From assembly GCF_963921235.1 (NCBI RefSeq), contig NC_086097.1, positions 87,112,001 to 87,176,000 on the forward strand: a DNA stretch of 64,000 nucleotides, read 5' to 3'. The translations under genes and the position numbers were made by a program. This document shows positions 50,260-63,417 of this stretch, piece after piece. A model generated the notes under the pieces. That model did not search any database. It worked only from the letters and a program-made list of their open reading frames with translations, and was not told where the DNA came from. This stretch comes from Mobula hypostoma (lineage: Eukaryota). Each line of letters begins with the position of its first letter. The stretch's first letter is position 1.

Positions 50260-53200
50260 TGTGGGCCATATCGGTTGTTTTGCGGTTCATATATGTTTGC
50301 TGTCCCTATCTTGCCCGTGTTATTTCTCCTTTCCCTGATTATTTGATAGCACCTGCCTCACTCAGTGTGTCTCCCCAGAATAGTACCTTGATAGGGTAAA
50401 ATAATTGGAAGAAATGTACATAATCCACAACCACCGATATGGAGTTGGGGTTTCTCTTTGAGAGGCTGGTCTGACGTGATGACATTATCACGTGAAGATT
50501 TTTAGCACGCTTGTGCTAAAAATAAAATGTGTTCCGGGTTTCGGTAGACATGAAATGCCTCACTTCCTTTTATTTGAGAAACCTACATTGGTGACCCTGA
50601 TGCTCTAGGATGATTCCAAAGTCATGGAACACATTGGCCAAAATAGTCGCTTTGAAACTGCCGGAGTTTTGGAAGCAAAACTGCTATCACTTGGTTTGTA
50701 AAAGCTGAGGCCCAGTTCATTCTGCGAGAAATCATCACCGATGACACGAAACTCTACTACACGTTAATGTCGCTCAGCAACACCACAGCTGCGAGAGTGG
50801 TGAGTCTGCTTGAACACCCGCCTGAACACAACAAGTACCACTCGCTGAAAACTCACCTTATACAGCCTTTTGGACTATCGGAGTCTGAGCACATCAAACA
50901 GTTGCTCTCCTTACCTGGTCTCGGTGATGCTAGGCTTTCAGAGCTAATGGACCACCTGCTGTTTCTCCTGGAAAATCACTATCCTTGTTTTATTTTTAAA
51001 GAACTCTTCATGCAACAATTGCCCGATCAAGTTTGCAGAGCCCTCACTAATGCACCCGTGAAGGACCATGGGGAGCTTGCTAAGATGGCTGATAGCCTAC
51101 GGTCAGCCAGACAGTAATACATCATTCCTTCTCCTTTCTCTACCTCAATAAGCCTGGTTAGAAAGACGCCAACGTAAGGGCACACGCGGCTGCGAAACAG
51201 ACAATGCCAGGTCTCTGGGCGATGCTTTCTGTGTGACGCTGGTGCTCAAGTGAGTGTGCTGCTGGCACCGCCTATTGATGAGAAGGCAAATTTGATGAAA
51301 CCACACTAGAAGCCACCATCAGCAGCAGAATATAGACTTTCAGGACTTTGGGTCATTACCTGCTCCCCCAGTAAGTTCCTCACAACGACTCTGTCAAGAG
51401 TATTCACCACCGCATGTGAGTTTACTCGACTGCTGGGTGAATTCCCAGATCTTACCAAGCCCACAGTCTCCACTACAGTCACAAAACATGGGGTCAAACA
51501 CCACATTCCCATAACTGGCCCGCTAGTGCATGACCGTGGGTGTAGACTGGTCCCAGAAAAGCTGGCAACCACGAAGGCTGACTTTGCCAACGTGGAAAGA
51601 CTGGGTACTGTATGTTGGTCGAATATCCCTAGGCCTCACCTCTCCACATGGTCCCAGAGTCTGATAATGGTTGCTGCCCATGTGGTGATTTCCGAAGCCT
51701 TAACTAGGCCACCACCCCCCGATCGCTGCCTGGTCCCACACATCGCAGACTTTTTGACATGTTTAGCCAGAAAGTTAATGTTTTCTTAAGTTGATCTAGT
51801 TAGGAGCTACCATCAGGGACCTGTGTACTCGGAGGACATTCCCAAAGCAGCTGTGATAACCCCGTTTGGCCTTTGAGTTTCTGCGCATGCTGTTTGGACT
51901 GAAAAACTTTCCAACGGCTGATGGACTCTGTATTAAAAGACTTAGATCAGTGATTCCCAAGGGGGGCAGTTACATGTCCTAAGGGGGCATTAGGGGAAAT
52001 AGAAGTCATTGGGCAGCGTCCAAGACTCTTGGATGGGGGGGGGGGAGGGTGTCAAATGGCACCCTGAGTTGAGGCATGAAATCTGACTGAACACGTCAAC
52101 TCACTGTGGTCATCAACATCCAATAGGCATTCCTAGTGTATTTTAATTTTTAATTTTAATTTAGCCCCATTAATAATGGATAAACATGCACGGCGCAATC
52201 TCTGTGAGTCTGAAGGCAGTGAACCCTTGAATTTTAATCCTGCTAAGAAACAGAAACTACAGAAAGTGCGTCAGTACAATGTTACGTACCTGGAGTATGG
52301 TTTTATTCTGTTCCTGTCAGACCAGCGACACCCCATGTGCCTTGTTTGTAATACCGTACTGTGTAACAAAGCCATGAAGTCACCAAGATTGCAGGAAGAC
52401 TGCCGTAAAAGGTACCCTGAAAAGGCTAATTATAGCACTACTCAGTTCTAAAAGATGAAAGAAGCATTTGAAGAGTGTTATACTCTCGTCATTTGCCAGG
52501 AAAGTGAGGAATGACATTGATAGTGGTCTCATTGCTTCTTATAACATTTCCAAAATTATAGCAAGTGTGGAAAGTCTCATACAGTTGGTGAAAGGTTAAT
52601 AATGCCTGCTGTATCAGAAATGCTTACCACTGTTCTCAAAATGGATACCAGTATTTTAAAATCAATTCCTCTGAGTAATAATTCAGTAGCTCATCGTATT
52701 GATGAAATGAGTGAAGAAAATGAGTATCAACTATGCACAAAGCTACAAAGAACAGAATTTGGGATACAACTGGATGAGTTAACGGCGTGAGACAACGAGA
52801 CTTTGCTAATGGTATATGTATGGTTTATCAAAAATAGAAAAGTGTATGAAGTGATTCTCTTTTGTAAAAAGTCAAAAACAATATCAACAGAGAATCAACC
52901 TACAATGAGCTCAAAATGTATATTGAGAATAAAAATATTCTAAATAGGAACATGATTTCTTGTGGAATAGTTAGAGCACGATATATGACAGTTGCCATGC
53001 TGGTCTAGTGGCATTTATGAAATAAGAAATTCCAAGTCTGTTTGCAATCTATTGTGTAATTCATTGTCAACATCTCACAGCCAAAATCCTCAGCCAGCAA
53101 CCTTTTTCAACCATGACTCTTGTAATATCTGCTTTCAACAAAATTAAAGCTCACCCATTAAATAGCAAACTATTTCACCATTTATGCCAAGATAATGATG

Positions 53201-53920
53201 AAGAGTTTGAACGCTTGCTTCTTCACACTGAAGTATATTGGCTGTCAAAAGGCTGCTGCTAAAAATGTTTATTTGATCTTTTTGTCACTGTGGTTGAATT
53301 TTTGCTCAAAATCTAAGTTGTGGTATGTGGCTACACTATCACATGAAGTCTTCTGGTCTTTGGAGAAGAGCCAAACTTGCTCTTCATTGTGTTTCCATCC
53401 TGCTACCTTGTTGAAAGAGGCTTCAGTGCAGTGAACCACATATTAAGCAAAAGAGAAACGGCTTGGACATTGTTATGCATGGGACTTAAGGCTTTTGCTG
53501 TCACAACTTGAACCAGATATTTCAACTCTTGTTAAAAACCATCAAGCTCAAGGATCACATTGACATCAAAGCTGCTGTACAGCACACAGGTACTGTGTAA
53601 GCTAGGTTTAAAGACAACCAAAAATATAAAACAGAATCACTTTTCTCCTGCTAGTATACGGTAGACATGTTTTTACACTATGGGATGCCAGAAAGTATGT
53701 TGTGCCTAAGAGGGGCCTTGGCAAGTATGAAGGTGCTTTAGAGGAGTGTTGGGCAAAAAAAGGTTAAGAAATACTGATCCAGACTTTCTTTTTGTTTGCC
53801 TGGATGACATACTGCCGCCAGTGCATCCAAATCCGAACACCTATCTCATCTCCGCACACTTTTTGAGGACTTAAGCCAAAATGGGTTGGTTATTAACCCT
53901 GTTAAATGCTAGTTTGGGTT
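50260..53920 (+). mobile_element. Ty3/Gypsy retrotransposon 5' part (LTR, gag, protease, RT), interrupted by hAT
   Basis: LTR ~50260-50587, PBS tggtgacc at 50589, gag LKLPEFW...AEAQF, protease FLCDAGAQVS, RT AVITPFG and FLFVCLDDIL after the hAT. Confidence 0.85.
51948..53776 (+). mobile_element. hAT DNA transposon (Charlie/Buster, ZBED5/SCAND3-like transposase), decayed
   Basis: TIRs cagtgattcccaa / ttaagaaatactg; degenerate 8-bp TSD acttagat / atccagac; RQY...YLEYGF...PMCLVC...AMK BED finger, IPLSNNSV, GIQLDE, CVIHCQHL and LLLHTEVYWLSKG motifs. Confidence 0.9.
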
Positions 53921-53923
53921 GTT

Positions 53924-56900
53924 AAGACCATAAAACCATAATATATGGGAGCAGAATTAGGTCATTTTGCCCTTTGAGTCTGCTCCACCATTTCATCATG
54001 GCTGATCCATTTACTGAGGGAGCCTCCACTGCTTCACTGGGCAGAGGATTCCACTGATTCACCACTCTCTGGAAAAAGCAGTTCCTCCCCATCTTCATCC
54101 TAAGTCTATTCCCCCAACTTTCGAGGCTATGTTCCCTAGTTCTAGTCTCACCTACCAGTAGTCTCACCTACAACTTTCCTGCCTCTATCTTATCTATCCC
54201 TCTCATAATTTTATATGTTTCTATAAGATCTCCACTCATTCCTCTGAATTCCAGCAAGTACAGTCCCAGGTGACTCAATCTCTCCTCATAGTCTAACCCC
54301 TTCATCTCTGGAATCAACCTGGTGAACCTCCTCCAAACCCAGTGTATCCTTCCTCAAGTAAAGAGACCAGTACACCAGATGCAGCCTCACCAGTACCCTG
54401 TATAGTTGCAGCATAACCTCCTTGCTCTTAAACTCAACATCTCTAGCAATGAAGGCCAACATTCCATTTGCCTTCTTGATAGCCTGCTGCACCTGCAAAC
54501 CAACCTTTCGTGATTCATGCACAAGCACTCCCAAGTCCCTCTGCACAGCAGCATACTCCAATTTTTTACTATTTACATAATAATCTGCTCTTTCATTTTT
54601 CCTTCCAAAGTGGATGACCTCACATTTACCAACATTGTACTCCATCTGCCATCTGCCAGACCCATGCCCACTTACTTAACCTATCTATATCTGCCTACAG
54701 ACACTCTGTATCTTCTGCAAAATTTGTTTTTCCACTCAATTTAGTATCATCAACAATCTCAGATACACTACACTCAGTCCCCTCTTCCAGATCATTGTGA
54801 ACAGTTGCAGGCCCAGCACCGACCCCTACGGCACACCGCTCAACACTGATTGCCAGCCAGAGTAATAACCATGTATCCCAGCACTCTGCTTTCTATTAGA
54901 TAACCAATCCTCTATCCATGCTAAAACATCACCCCCAACTCAATGCATCCTTACCTTATGGATAAGTCTTTTATGTGGCACCTTATCAAACACCTTCTGG
55001 AAATCCAAGTGAATAATGTTCATCTGTTCTCCTCTATCCACTGCACTCGTTATATGCTTAGAGAACTCCAGTAAGTTTGTCAAACAGGACCTGCCTCTGC
55101 TGAATGCATTTCTTTCCAGATGTCTCGCTATTTCTTCTTTAACAATAGCTTCGAGCATTTTCCCAACTAACTGGCCTATAGTTACCTGCCTTTTGCCTGC
55201 ATCCTTTTTTGAACAGTGGTGTGACATTCGCCGTCTTCCAGTCCGCCGGGATCTGCCCAGAGTCCTGAGAGTTTTAGTAAAATATCACCAAAGCATCTGC
55301 CATAACTTCTGCCATTTCTTTCAGTACCCTGGGATGCATTCTTGTCTATCTTCAGGCTCATAAGTTTGCTCAGCACTACCTCTTTAGTGATAGCTATTGT
55401 ACCGAGGTCCTCACCTCCCATTGCATCTATAACATCTCTCTTTGGCATGTTACGCGTTTCCTCCGCTACGAAGACTGACACAAAATAGTCATTCAAAGCC
55501 TCTGCCATTTCCTCATTACTCAATATCAATTCCCCCTTCTCGTCCTCCAAGGGACCTACGTTCACTTTAGCCACCCTTTTCCACTTTATATAATTATAAA
55601 AAGTTTTACTATTCATTTTTATATTTTGTTCTCATTTATTTTCATAATCTAGCTTCCCTTTCTTTATTGCTCGCTTGGTGGTTCTTTGTTGCTTTTTAAA
55701 GTTTTTCCAATCTTCCAGATTCCCACCACTCTTGGCAACTTTGTATACACGAGCTTCTAGTTTGATGCCTTGTTTTATTTCCTTAGTTATTCTAGGCTGG
55801 CTCTCCCTGCTCTTACTGTTCTTGCTTTTAATTGGAATACCAGTTGTTGAGCAGCATGAAAAACCTCTTTGAAAGTCTTACCCTGTTTCTCAAACGTCCC
55901 ACCATATAGCCTGTGTTCCCAGTCTACACTAGCCAAATCCTCCCTCATTCCATTGTAGTCTCCATTGGCTAGGCATAATACATTGGTTTTAGATCGACTT
56001 ATTACACCCTCCACTTGTATGAGAAACTCAATCACACTGTGATCACTCTTTCCAAGAGGATTCCAAACGACAAGATCACTAATTTTACCCGTCTCACTGC
56101 ACAGGACCAGATCTAAGATAACACGTTCCCTTGTAGGTCCAGTAGCACGCTGTTCAAGAAAGCCATTGTGGATGCATTCTATGAAGTCCCCCTCAAGACT
56201 GCCTCGACCAACTTGATTCACCCAATCATTGTGCAACTTGAAGTCCCCCATGATAACTGCTGTTCCATTCTTATGTGCCACTGATATTTCTTTGTTTATT
56301 ATCTGTTCCACTGTAGTGTTATTATTTGATGGCCAATAGACAACTCCCACCAGTGATATTTTTCCCTTTACTATTCCTAATCTCTACCCAGATGGATTCA
56401 ACATTCTGCTCTTTAGATCTTATATCGTCTTTCACTATTGCCCTGTTCTCATCTTTAATTAAAAGTGCTACCCCACCTCCCTTACTTTCCTGCCTATCCT
56501 TCCATATTACCTGATATCCTTGGATATTTAATTCCCAATCCTCTCCACCCTCCAACCACATCTCTGTAATGGCCACTAAATCGTGCCTCTTTGTACTGAT
56601 TTGAGCCACAAGTTCACTGACCTTGGTTCGAATACTACGGGCATTCAAATAAAGTGCCCTTACACTCATTGTGCTTTTAAAATCTTGTAAACATTTACTC
56701 TTTTTGCACTTGACTTTTCTTCACTTCACTCTTACTTTTCTCTTTTTTCTCTTTTGCTTTTTCTTTATCTTTATCCATACTTTTCTTCTCTCATCTGTTG
56801 AACCCCCCCCCCCCGACTATTTAGTTTAAAGCCCTATCCACAGCCCCAGTTATGTGATTCGCTAGGATCCAGGTCCCATCATGGTTCAGGTTGAGCCATT

Positions 56901-58150
56901 CCATTGGTACTGCTCCCTCCTTCCCCAACACTGGTGCCAATTTCCTGTGAATTCAAACCCACTTCTCCCACACCAATCCTTAAGCCACGCATTTAATTTT
57001 CTAATCTTCTTGACCCTATGCCAATTTGCATGTGCCTCAGGTAGTAATCCAGAGATCACTACTTTTTTGGTTCTGCTTTTTAATTTAGTCCCTAGCTGCT
57101 CAAATTCCCTTAGTAGAACCTCTTTCCTCATTCTATCTATGTCGTTGGTACCCACATGGACCATGACAACTGGATCTTTCCCCTCCTACTTCAAATTCCT
57201 CTGCAGGTCAGATAAAATGTCCTGAACCCGGGTGCTAGGCAGGCAACATAGCCTTCGGGATGTTCTATCCTCACAACAGAGAACTCTGTCTATTCCCCTG
57301 ACTATACTGTCCCCAATTACCACTACCTTTCTCTTCTCTCCCCCCTCTTGAATGGCTCCCTGAACTACGGTGCCACAGTTAGGTTGCTCATCCTTTCTAC
57401 AGCCCCCACTTTCACCTACGCAGGGAGCTAAGATTCCTTGGACAAGCTCAAGGGCTGAAGCTCTTCTAGCACTGTCTCTTGGATCCCACTACCTGACTCA
57501 GTCGCGGTCACACCTTCTTGTCCCTGACCACTGACCAAATTTGAGGCGACTAATCTAATGGGTGTGACTACCTCCTGAAACAGAGAATCCAGATAATTCT
57601 CCCCTCCCTGATGTGCAGCAGTGTTTGAGGCTCAGATTCCAGGTCATCAACTTTGAGCAGCCAACACTTGCTGCAGATGTGGTCACCAGGAACTACAATG
57701 GCGTCCACCAGTTCCCACATCATACAGCTACAGCACATCACCTAATCCTGCATCATCCCTTTATTTAATTAGCTGTAATTTAGTGGCTTTTTATTCAACC
57801 ACTACAAAAGCCTTACCTGCTACTTACCTGTGCCTCCTCGCCAAAGCCTCAAGTTCCCACTCCTACACTGGTCCACTCAGACAATGGCCGCTCTGCTTTG
57901 ACCCTACTTTACTTTATTTGCTCCTGCTAATGAATCGCGAATTGATTGGTCTGCTGCTAATGCACCTAGCCACGTGAAACACACCTTTTTAAAATTCTTG
58001 TCACCAGCCTGTGCAAAGCTCTCTCTCTCTCTGCAAATTGATTGGTCTGCTGCTAATGCGCCGAGCCCTGCAAAACGTTCCTTTTCTAAACTCTTCTCCC
58101 TGACCCGTGCAAAGCTCTCTCTTTGTGAATTGATTGGTCCACTGCTAACT
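53924..58150 (-). mobile_element. Near full-length CR1-type LINE (5' UTR, ORF1 zinc finger and SGNH esterase, APE, RT, 3' end), decayed
   Basis: ORF 56886-57164 VHVGTND esterase; 56322-56669 and 55787-56350 APE; 54940-55227 LDFQKVFDKVPH RT; C-terminal ORFs to 53922. Confidence 0.92.
57941..58150 (-). repeat. Tandem ~92-96 bp monomers with CCAAT boxes at the CR1 5' end
   Basis: attgattggtc at 57941, 58037 and 58129. Confidence 0.8.
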
Positions 58151-58169
58151 GGTAGCTCTGTCTCACCAA

Positions 58170-58853
58170 GTTACATAAAAATAGCTAACGTCTTGCATAA
58201 ACACACATACATGCACACACACCACACTGCTTTTATATCCATTATTTCAGCTCTCTGCCGCTTTCATAATACTTTGTGATCCCATGGTCACTGACCTGAG
58301 CAGAACCAAGCAAGAGTACTATCTTTGAAACTGCACACACTCTTGGACTGCTGAGATCGTTGTCCACACGATGAGTCACGAACGCATTCTGGATGAGGCA
58401 TCCAATGTTGTAACATGAAAAAAGTCACCGGACAGACACAGAAGCTAGTGGATATAGAAGAGCTTCATTCAACAAAAACCAGCAGCAGGTGTCAAATTGA
58501 GACACTCGTTGAGGAATAGGCCTTCTGATCCAATATTCCATGACATTTTTATATGCTAACGATCTAAGGTAACAGTAGGCCAACTTTATAGTTACAATGT
58601 ATCTACAATGCTTCCTTTGAATTACATATTGTTTTCACACACCTCTTTCTTCACGCTCAGTCACCCAGACACCCAAAATGAATGTTAATCAGCATTGTCT
58701 GGCTTGCAATCAACTCCAGCGCACATCTCCAGGAAAACTATTGTTTGGGGCTGCATTTTATGTTCACGCTACAATCCACGTCCATGTCTGAAGATTGATT
58801 GGTGATGAAGTTAATATATTCTATATGCCCTGACTCCAGAATAGGCCCCAACA
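58170..58853 (-). mobile_element. ERV-like 5' LTR (58406-58853), degenerate tRNA-Pro-like PBS (58386-58404) and leader
   Basis: Termini TGTTG...CAACA; adjacent attctggatgaggcatcca resembles the tRNA-Pro 3' end atcccggacgagccccca. Confidence 0.65.
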
Positions 58854-58859
58854 AAGTTT

Positions 58860-59598
58860 TTGATTCATTTATTTACGACACGCACTGTACATTGAACCAT
58901 ACAGTGATATGTGTCATTTGAGCTAACGACCAACACAACCTAAGGATGTGCTAAGGACAGCCCGCAAGAGTTGCCACACATTTTGGTGTTAAGATAGCAT
59001 GCCCACAATGTTCAGCAGAACAACGCAAGCAATAACAACAACAGAACAATAGCATCAAAGCAAGCCCATTTCCTCCTTCCCAAATTTGCACACACAGACA
59101 GTTCCCCAACCCTGGAACAGGCTGCTAGCCTACAGTGGAGGACCTCTGAATTCCCCAGTGGACTAGCAGACACAGGGCATTGGCCACTGGGCTCATCTTC
59201 CAGATTTCTGATTAACCTTTGAGCTTCAACTGTCACTATTGACCCAGGGCTCACTGATGATGCGACATAAAACTCTAAGCCTCAAGTTATGGTCTCACCA
59301 ATGACGGGACCCTGAGCTAGGTCTCGAATTCTGGACTCACTAACTCACGTACATAGGAGTCACCAGCCAGCATGGACCTCTGATCCTGAGGGAATCACTG
59401 ACCGAAGGCACCACAAGCCTTCCAACATGGATCTAGCCTTCTAGCATGGAGCTCAGCCTGGACTCTGGCCTGACTTCTAACTACCCTACATCCATGTCCC
59501 TAAACCACAACCTGACCCTTATCTCCCCTCTCTGTCCCCAAAAAAACAACTAAGTCTGAGCCACGACCTCAGTGAGACCCGAGCTAGGCACCATCTTG
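58860..59598 (-). mobile_element. Non-coding retroelement starting with a CAAGATGG motif
   Basis: Minus-strand 5' end caagatggtgcc; 3' end with AATAAA; tail similar to ~26055-26120. Confidence 0.5.
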
Positions 59599-59639
59599 AA
59601 CAGAAGACTGGAAACCGAATTTCTGTCAGCATGTACTCA

Positions 59640-60970
59640 GCAACTAAACCTCAACAGACATCTTGGATAAGTTCTAAAGATTCTCTACTCTTCCTTGAGG
59701 AAATTTATTCTCACCTCAGTCCTGAAAGGCTGGCTTCTTAGCCTTTAGTTCTAAACCGCCCCGTCAGGAGAAACCTCTTCCCCAGAAATAAATGCCCAAA
59801 GGGTTTTGTGTACTTCAATGTGATTACCTCTCATTCTTATAAACTCAAGAGAGTATCGGGCCATTTTACTTGGTATCGCCTCATAAAGCAACCCCACTTT
59901 TACAAGAATTTGACGAGCTTTCATTGCATTCCCTCATTTCTCAAATCTACTTCCAAAATGGTGTTGTCCAGCACAGACACTGCCCCTTAGGCCTGCCATG
60001 TCCATGCTGACCATTTTGGTCATCGACACTATTCCCATGTGAGTTTTGCATTCTTCGTGCCTTCTCTAGCACTCATTAAAATATAACGATTGTGCCTGAT
60101 TTCGCAGCCTCCTGTGGTACACCACTGGTCACAATCTTCCAAACAGAAGGTATGATTCCACTGGCCTTATAGCACCTAACAGATTTCAGATTCAGTTAGC
60201 CAGGTCACCTTGGACCTCATGTGCCTCAACATTCTGGACCAACCTACCATGCAGGATAACAATCCCTGCCTTCAACCACCTCCGTAATCTGCTGCTCAAA
60301 AACTCATTTAACTTATAGGGGAAAGATTCCCCTCTGTGCAAAGGCATGCTGACTATCCCAGAACAGCCCCAGCCTTTCCGATTACAGATAAATCCTGTCC
60401 ATTCTCAGTTTCTCCAATAATTACCCAACACTAATCTAAGACTCACTGTCCTAAAGTTATCTGAATTATGCCTGATGCCCTTCTTAAATAAACACCACTT
60501 TGGCTATCTCCAGTCTTCCAGCACCTTACCTGTGCCTAACAAAGATGCAAGAGTTTCCATCAGGTACCTAGCTATCTCCCCAGTTGTTTCCCATAGCAAC
60601 CTGAGACTGATTTCAACCTACTCTGAGGAATCATCAACCCTTAGGAATGCAGAGACAACTAACACCCCTTCCTTCTTAATACTGACTTGCTTCAGATTAC
60701 TCCAATACCCCTCCCTGAAATTCCATTCTCCCACATCCTTCTCCTTGGTGTGCGTGGATGGAGAAGCATTATTTAGGACCTCATCCAGACTGCCCGACTC
60801 CTCACATAGATTACTCATTTAGTCCCTAGTGGACTCACACTCACCTGGGCTCCCGATTTACTTATAAAATATCTTGAAATTCTCCTGAATTGTACATGCC
60901 ACGGATATTTTGTGGCTCTCTTTCACAGACATAAGTCCTTTCTTGAGTTTTCTATATTTCTCAAGAGACT
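59640..60970 (-). mobile_element. Old fragmented CR1-type LINE sequence
   Basis: Degenerate minus-strand CR1 motifs (EDWR, SLRLV, EVLNNASPS). Confidence 0.55.
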
Positions 60971-61203
60971 CCCTATACTGGTCATATGTTGCTCCCATGT
61001 GTGCCCCACAACCCCCCAAGGGAGTACCACAAACTTAGTTGCTTCTGTTGCTTTATTCTGAAAGTCCAATTCCCCCTCCCCAAAAACTTAAACCTGGTTT
61101 GACAAAACATTGACCACAGGGGTCTCCTGAACTACCTGCCTGCACTTACTGCCCTGTCGGGTGGTCATCCGTAAACAGAAGAAGCTACAATGGGCAACAT
61201 CCT

Positions 61204-61510
61204 CAAGATGGCCCATGAAACACTTCTTTGACTTTCAAATGTGATTCTGGTACTGTTGGAGCCTGTGTCGGTGTGTTTTCAGGTCAATCGAGCAAATTCC
61301 GGGAGGCAATCAGCCTCCACTGAGCCCAAGAAGCTTGGAGACGGGGCACGAGCCCAAGATTAATTCCATTTCTCACCGATCTTGCCGAGGAAGATTGAAA
61401 ACATTGAGATAAGTGCAAAAGGTGAGCAAGTGTTCAGCACCACCTACCAGCCTCTTGCTCGCTGCCACTGGAGAAGATGTCTGTGCGTGACAGTTTTTTT
61501 TTCTTCTTCT

Positions 61511-61542
<32 letters not shown>

Positions 61543-62005
61543 CCCCGCCCCCACACATCCCTTCTCACTTGCTGCTCCTGAAAAAGGAAGGTCCCTGCAT
61601 TCAAATATTCTCTCTCTATCACCCAATGCTGGCAGAGGATAATGCTGGAGCAAGGTTTAATTGGCGCCATTTGAGAATTGGACTGTAGTTCACATTATGA
61701 TTTTTTTTCTAGTTTCTGGTTTCTTTTTCTGTTGCTATTTTGGGCAACTGTGATTTGGGACAGACTGCAGATAATGAGCACTGAGATGAAGTGAATATGG
61801 ATTCTTTTGATTTTGTGCTATATATACTGTGTTGCGTCTGCTCTTTTCTCGTTGCTGTTTGCATGCGGTGGGGGCGGGGGGAGTGTTGATGCTTTTCTTT
61901 GAATGGGTTCCATGGCCTTCTCTGTTTCGTCACTGCCTGTGGGGAAGACGAGTCTCAGGGTTGTGTACTGCATACATACTTTGATAATCAATGCACTTTG
62001 AATCC
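61204..62005 (+). mobile_element. Non-coding retroelement: CAAGATGGC 5' end and Rex-like 3' tail
   Basis: Starts caagatggc; ends tctcagggttgt...tactttgataat...ctttgaa, as at the Rex end 44410-44480. Confidence 0.6.
61494..61545. repeat. Compound microsatellite T-run/(TTC)n/(CT)n
   Basis: Seen directly. Confidence 0.95.
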
Positions 62006-63044
62006 TATCTTTCCAGACCGGCAGCATGACGAACTCCTGAAATGTACTGCCTGTGACATTTTCTGAATCCTAGATGTTCCCTAGGAAATCCAGCTGCCAT
62101 TCCAACTGCTGTCTGCAGTGTGACAGGAGTTGCAGTCCGACACACTTCCTGTCGGATAATGACAAGCGACATTTGACAGTTCATGAGTTCCATGTATTGT
62201 AGAAGTTTACCATTGCCCAACTTCAATATCCTTTATCCCCAGCCCCTTCCACCAAAAAAAAGAAAAAAAAACTTACTTGGTATTACCCACCTTCCAAACT
62301 GAAGCCTGATGCTTACCAATGACTGCATTTTGACCTTAATAGAAGTACCTTGTTCTCACAGCCCTTCTCAGAAAGTTTGCTCCCATTCCGTCCACCGAGC
62401 TTTTTATACCTCTTGTTCACTGATGGTCCCACCTGTTGCATCTTCAGGGCTGAATGTCAAGAAGATGAACAAGTCTTCCAAGTGTTATTTGCTGTAAATT
62501 TGCTACGTTGAATTGCTGGTGAATATGCTTCATGCTTCCATTTCAACTATGACACAGTGTAATTTCAATCCATTGTTATTAGCTCCATCTCTATTTTGCC
62601 CATGAGAATGCAATTTAATTCACTGAATTGCTGTAGATGTTTTGTTATAAAATGCATTGACATATCCAATAAAGGAAGTCAACGTGTACAGAGATGCAGA
62701 CTGACTTTTACAAATACTCGTATAAAACATTGCCCCACTGTTTGCTATTCATCATAATGATCCCACCATGAAGGTAGAAGAATAATTAGACTTATCATAC
62801 TACTGTCAAATATAAAGTCAATTCACTTCCTTCAGATGTATTAATTTTCATCATTCTCTCTCACTCATTTAGTGCAATACCAGAAGGTTTAAAAAAAGAT
62901 AGTTCCTGAAATGTGAACATCACTGACAAACCAAGCATTTATTCGCCATTGCTAATACATTAAAAATACTTTTTTAATATCTGGATGACATTGGCGGAGC
63001 TTGTGAAGTTAGTAGTGAGGACAATCTGATAGCCAATCCCAAGT

Positions 63045-63417
63045 AAGACCATAAAACCATAAGACAAACGAGTAGAATTATGCCATTCAGCCCATTGAGT
63101 CTGCTCCACCATTCAATCATGGCTGATCCTTTTTTTTCTCTCTCAGTCCCATTCCCTGGTCTTCTCACCATAACCTTTTATGCTGTGTCCAATCAAGAAC
63201 CTGTCAAGCTCTGCCTGGCCTGGCCTCTACAGCTACCTGTGGTAATAAATTCCACAAATTTACCACCCTATGGCTAAAGAAATTTCTCTGCATCTCTGTT
63301 TTAAATGGACACCCCACTATACTGAGGCTGTGCCCTTTTGTCCTAGACTCCCCATGGGAAACATCCTTTCCACATCTACTCTGTCTAGGCCTTTCAACAT
63401 TTGAAAGGTTTCAATGA
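63045..63417 (-). mobile_element. CR1-type LINE 3' end
   Basis: Same 3' end as 53924-54240 (gaccataaaaccataa...gagtctgctccacca). Confidence 0.85.

Noticed and set aside
52176..53560. Domesticated ZBED5/SCAND3-like host gene
   Set aside because: Multiple stops and frameshifts, with TIRs and a TSD, indicate a dead transposon.
57941..58150. CRISPR-like repeat-spacer array
   Set aside because: The sequences between motifs are homologous to each other, the context is eukaryotic and there are no cas genes.
61373..61670. ORFs with (ER)n and (SL)n repeats
   Set aside because: Translations of a microsatellite.
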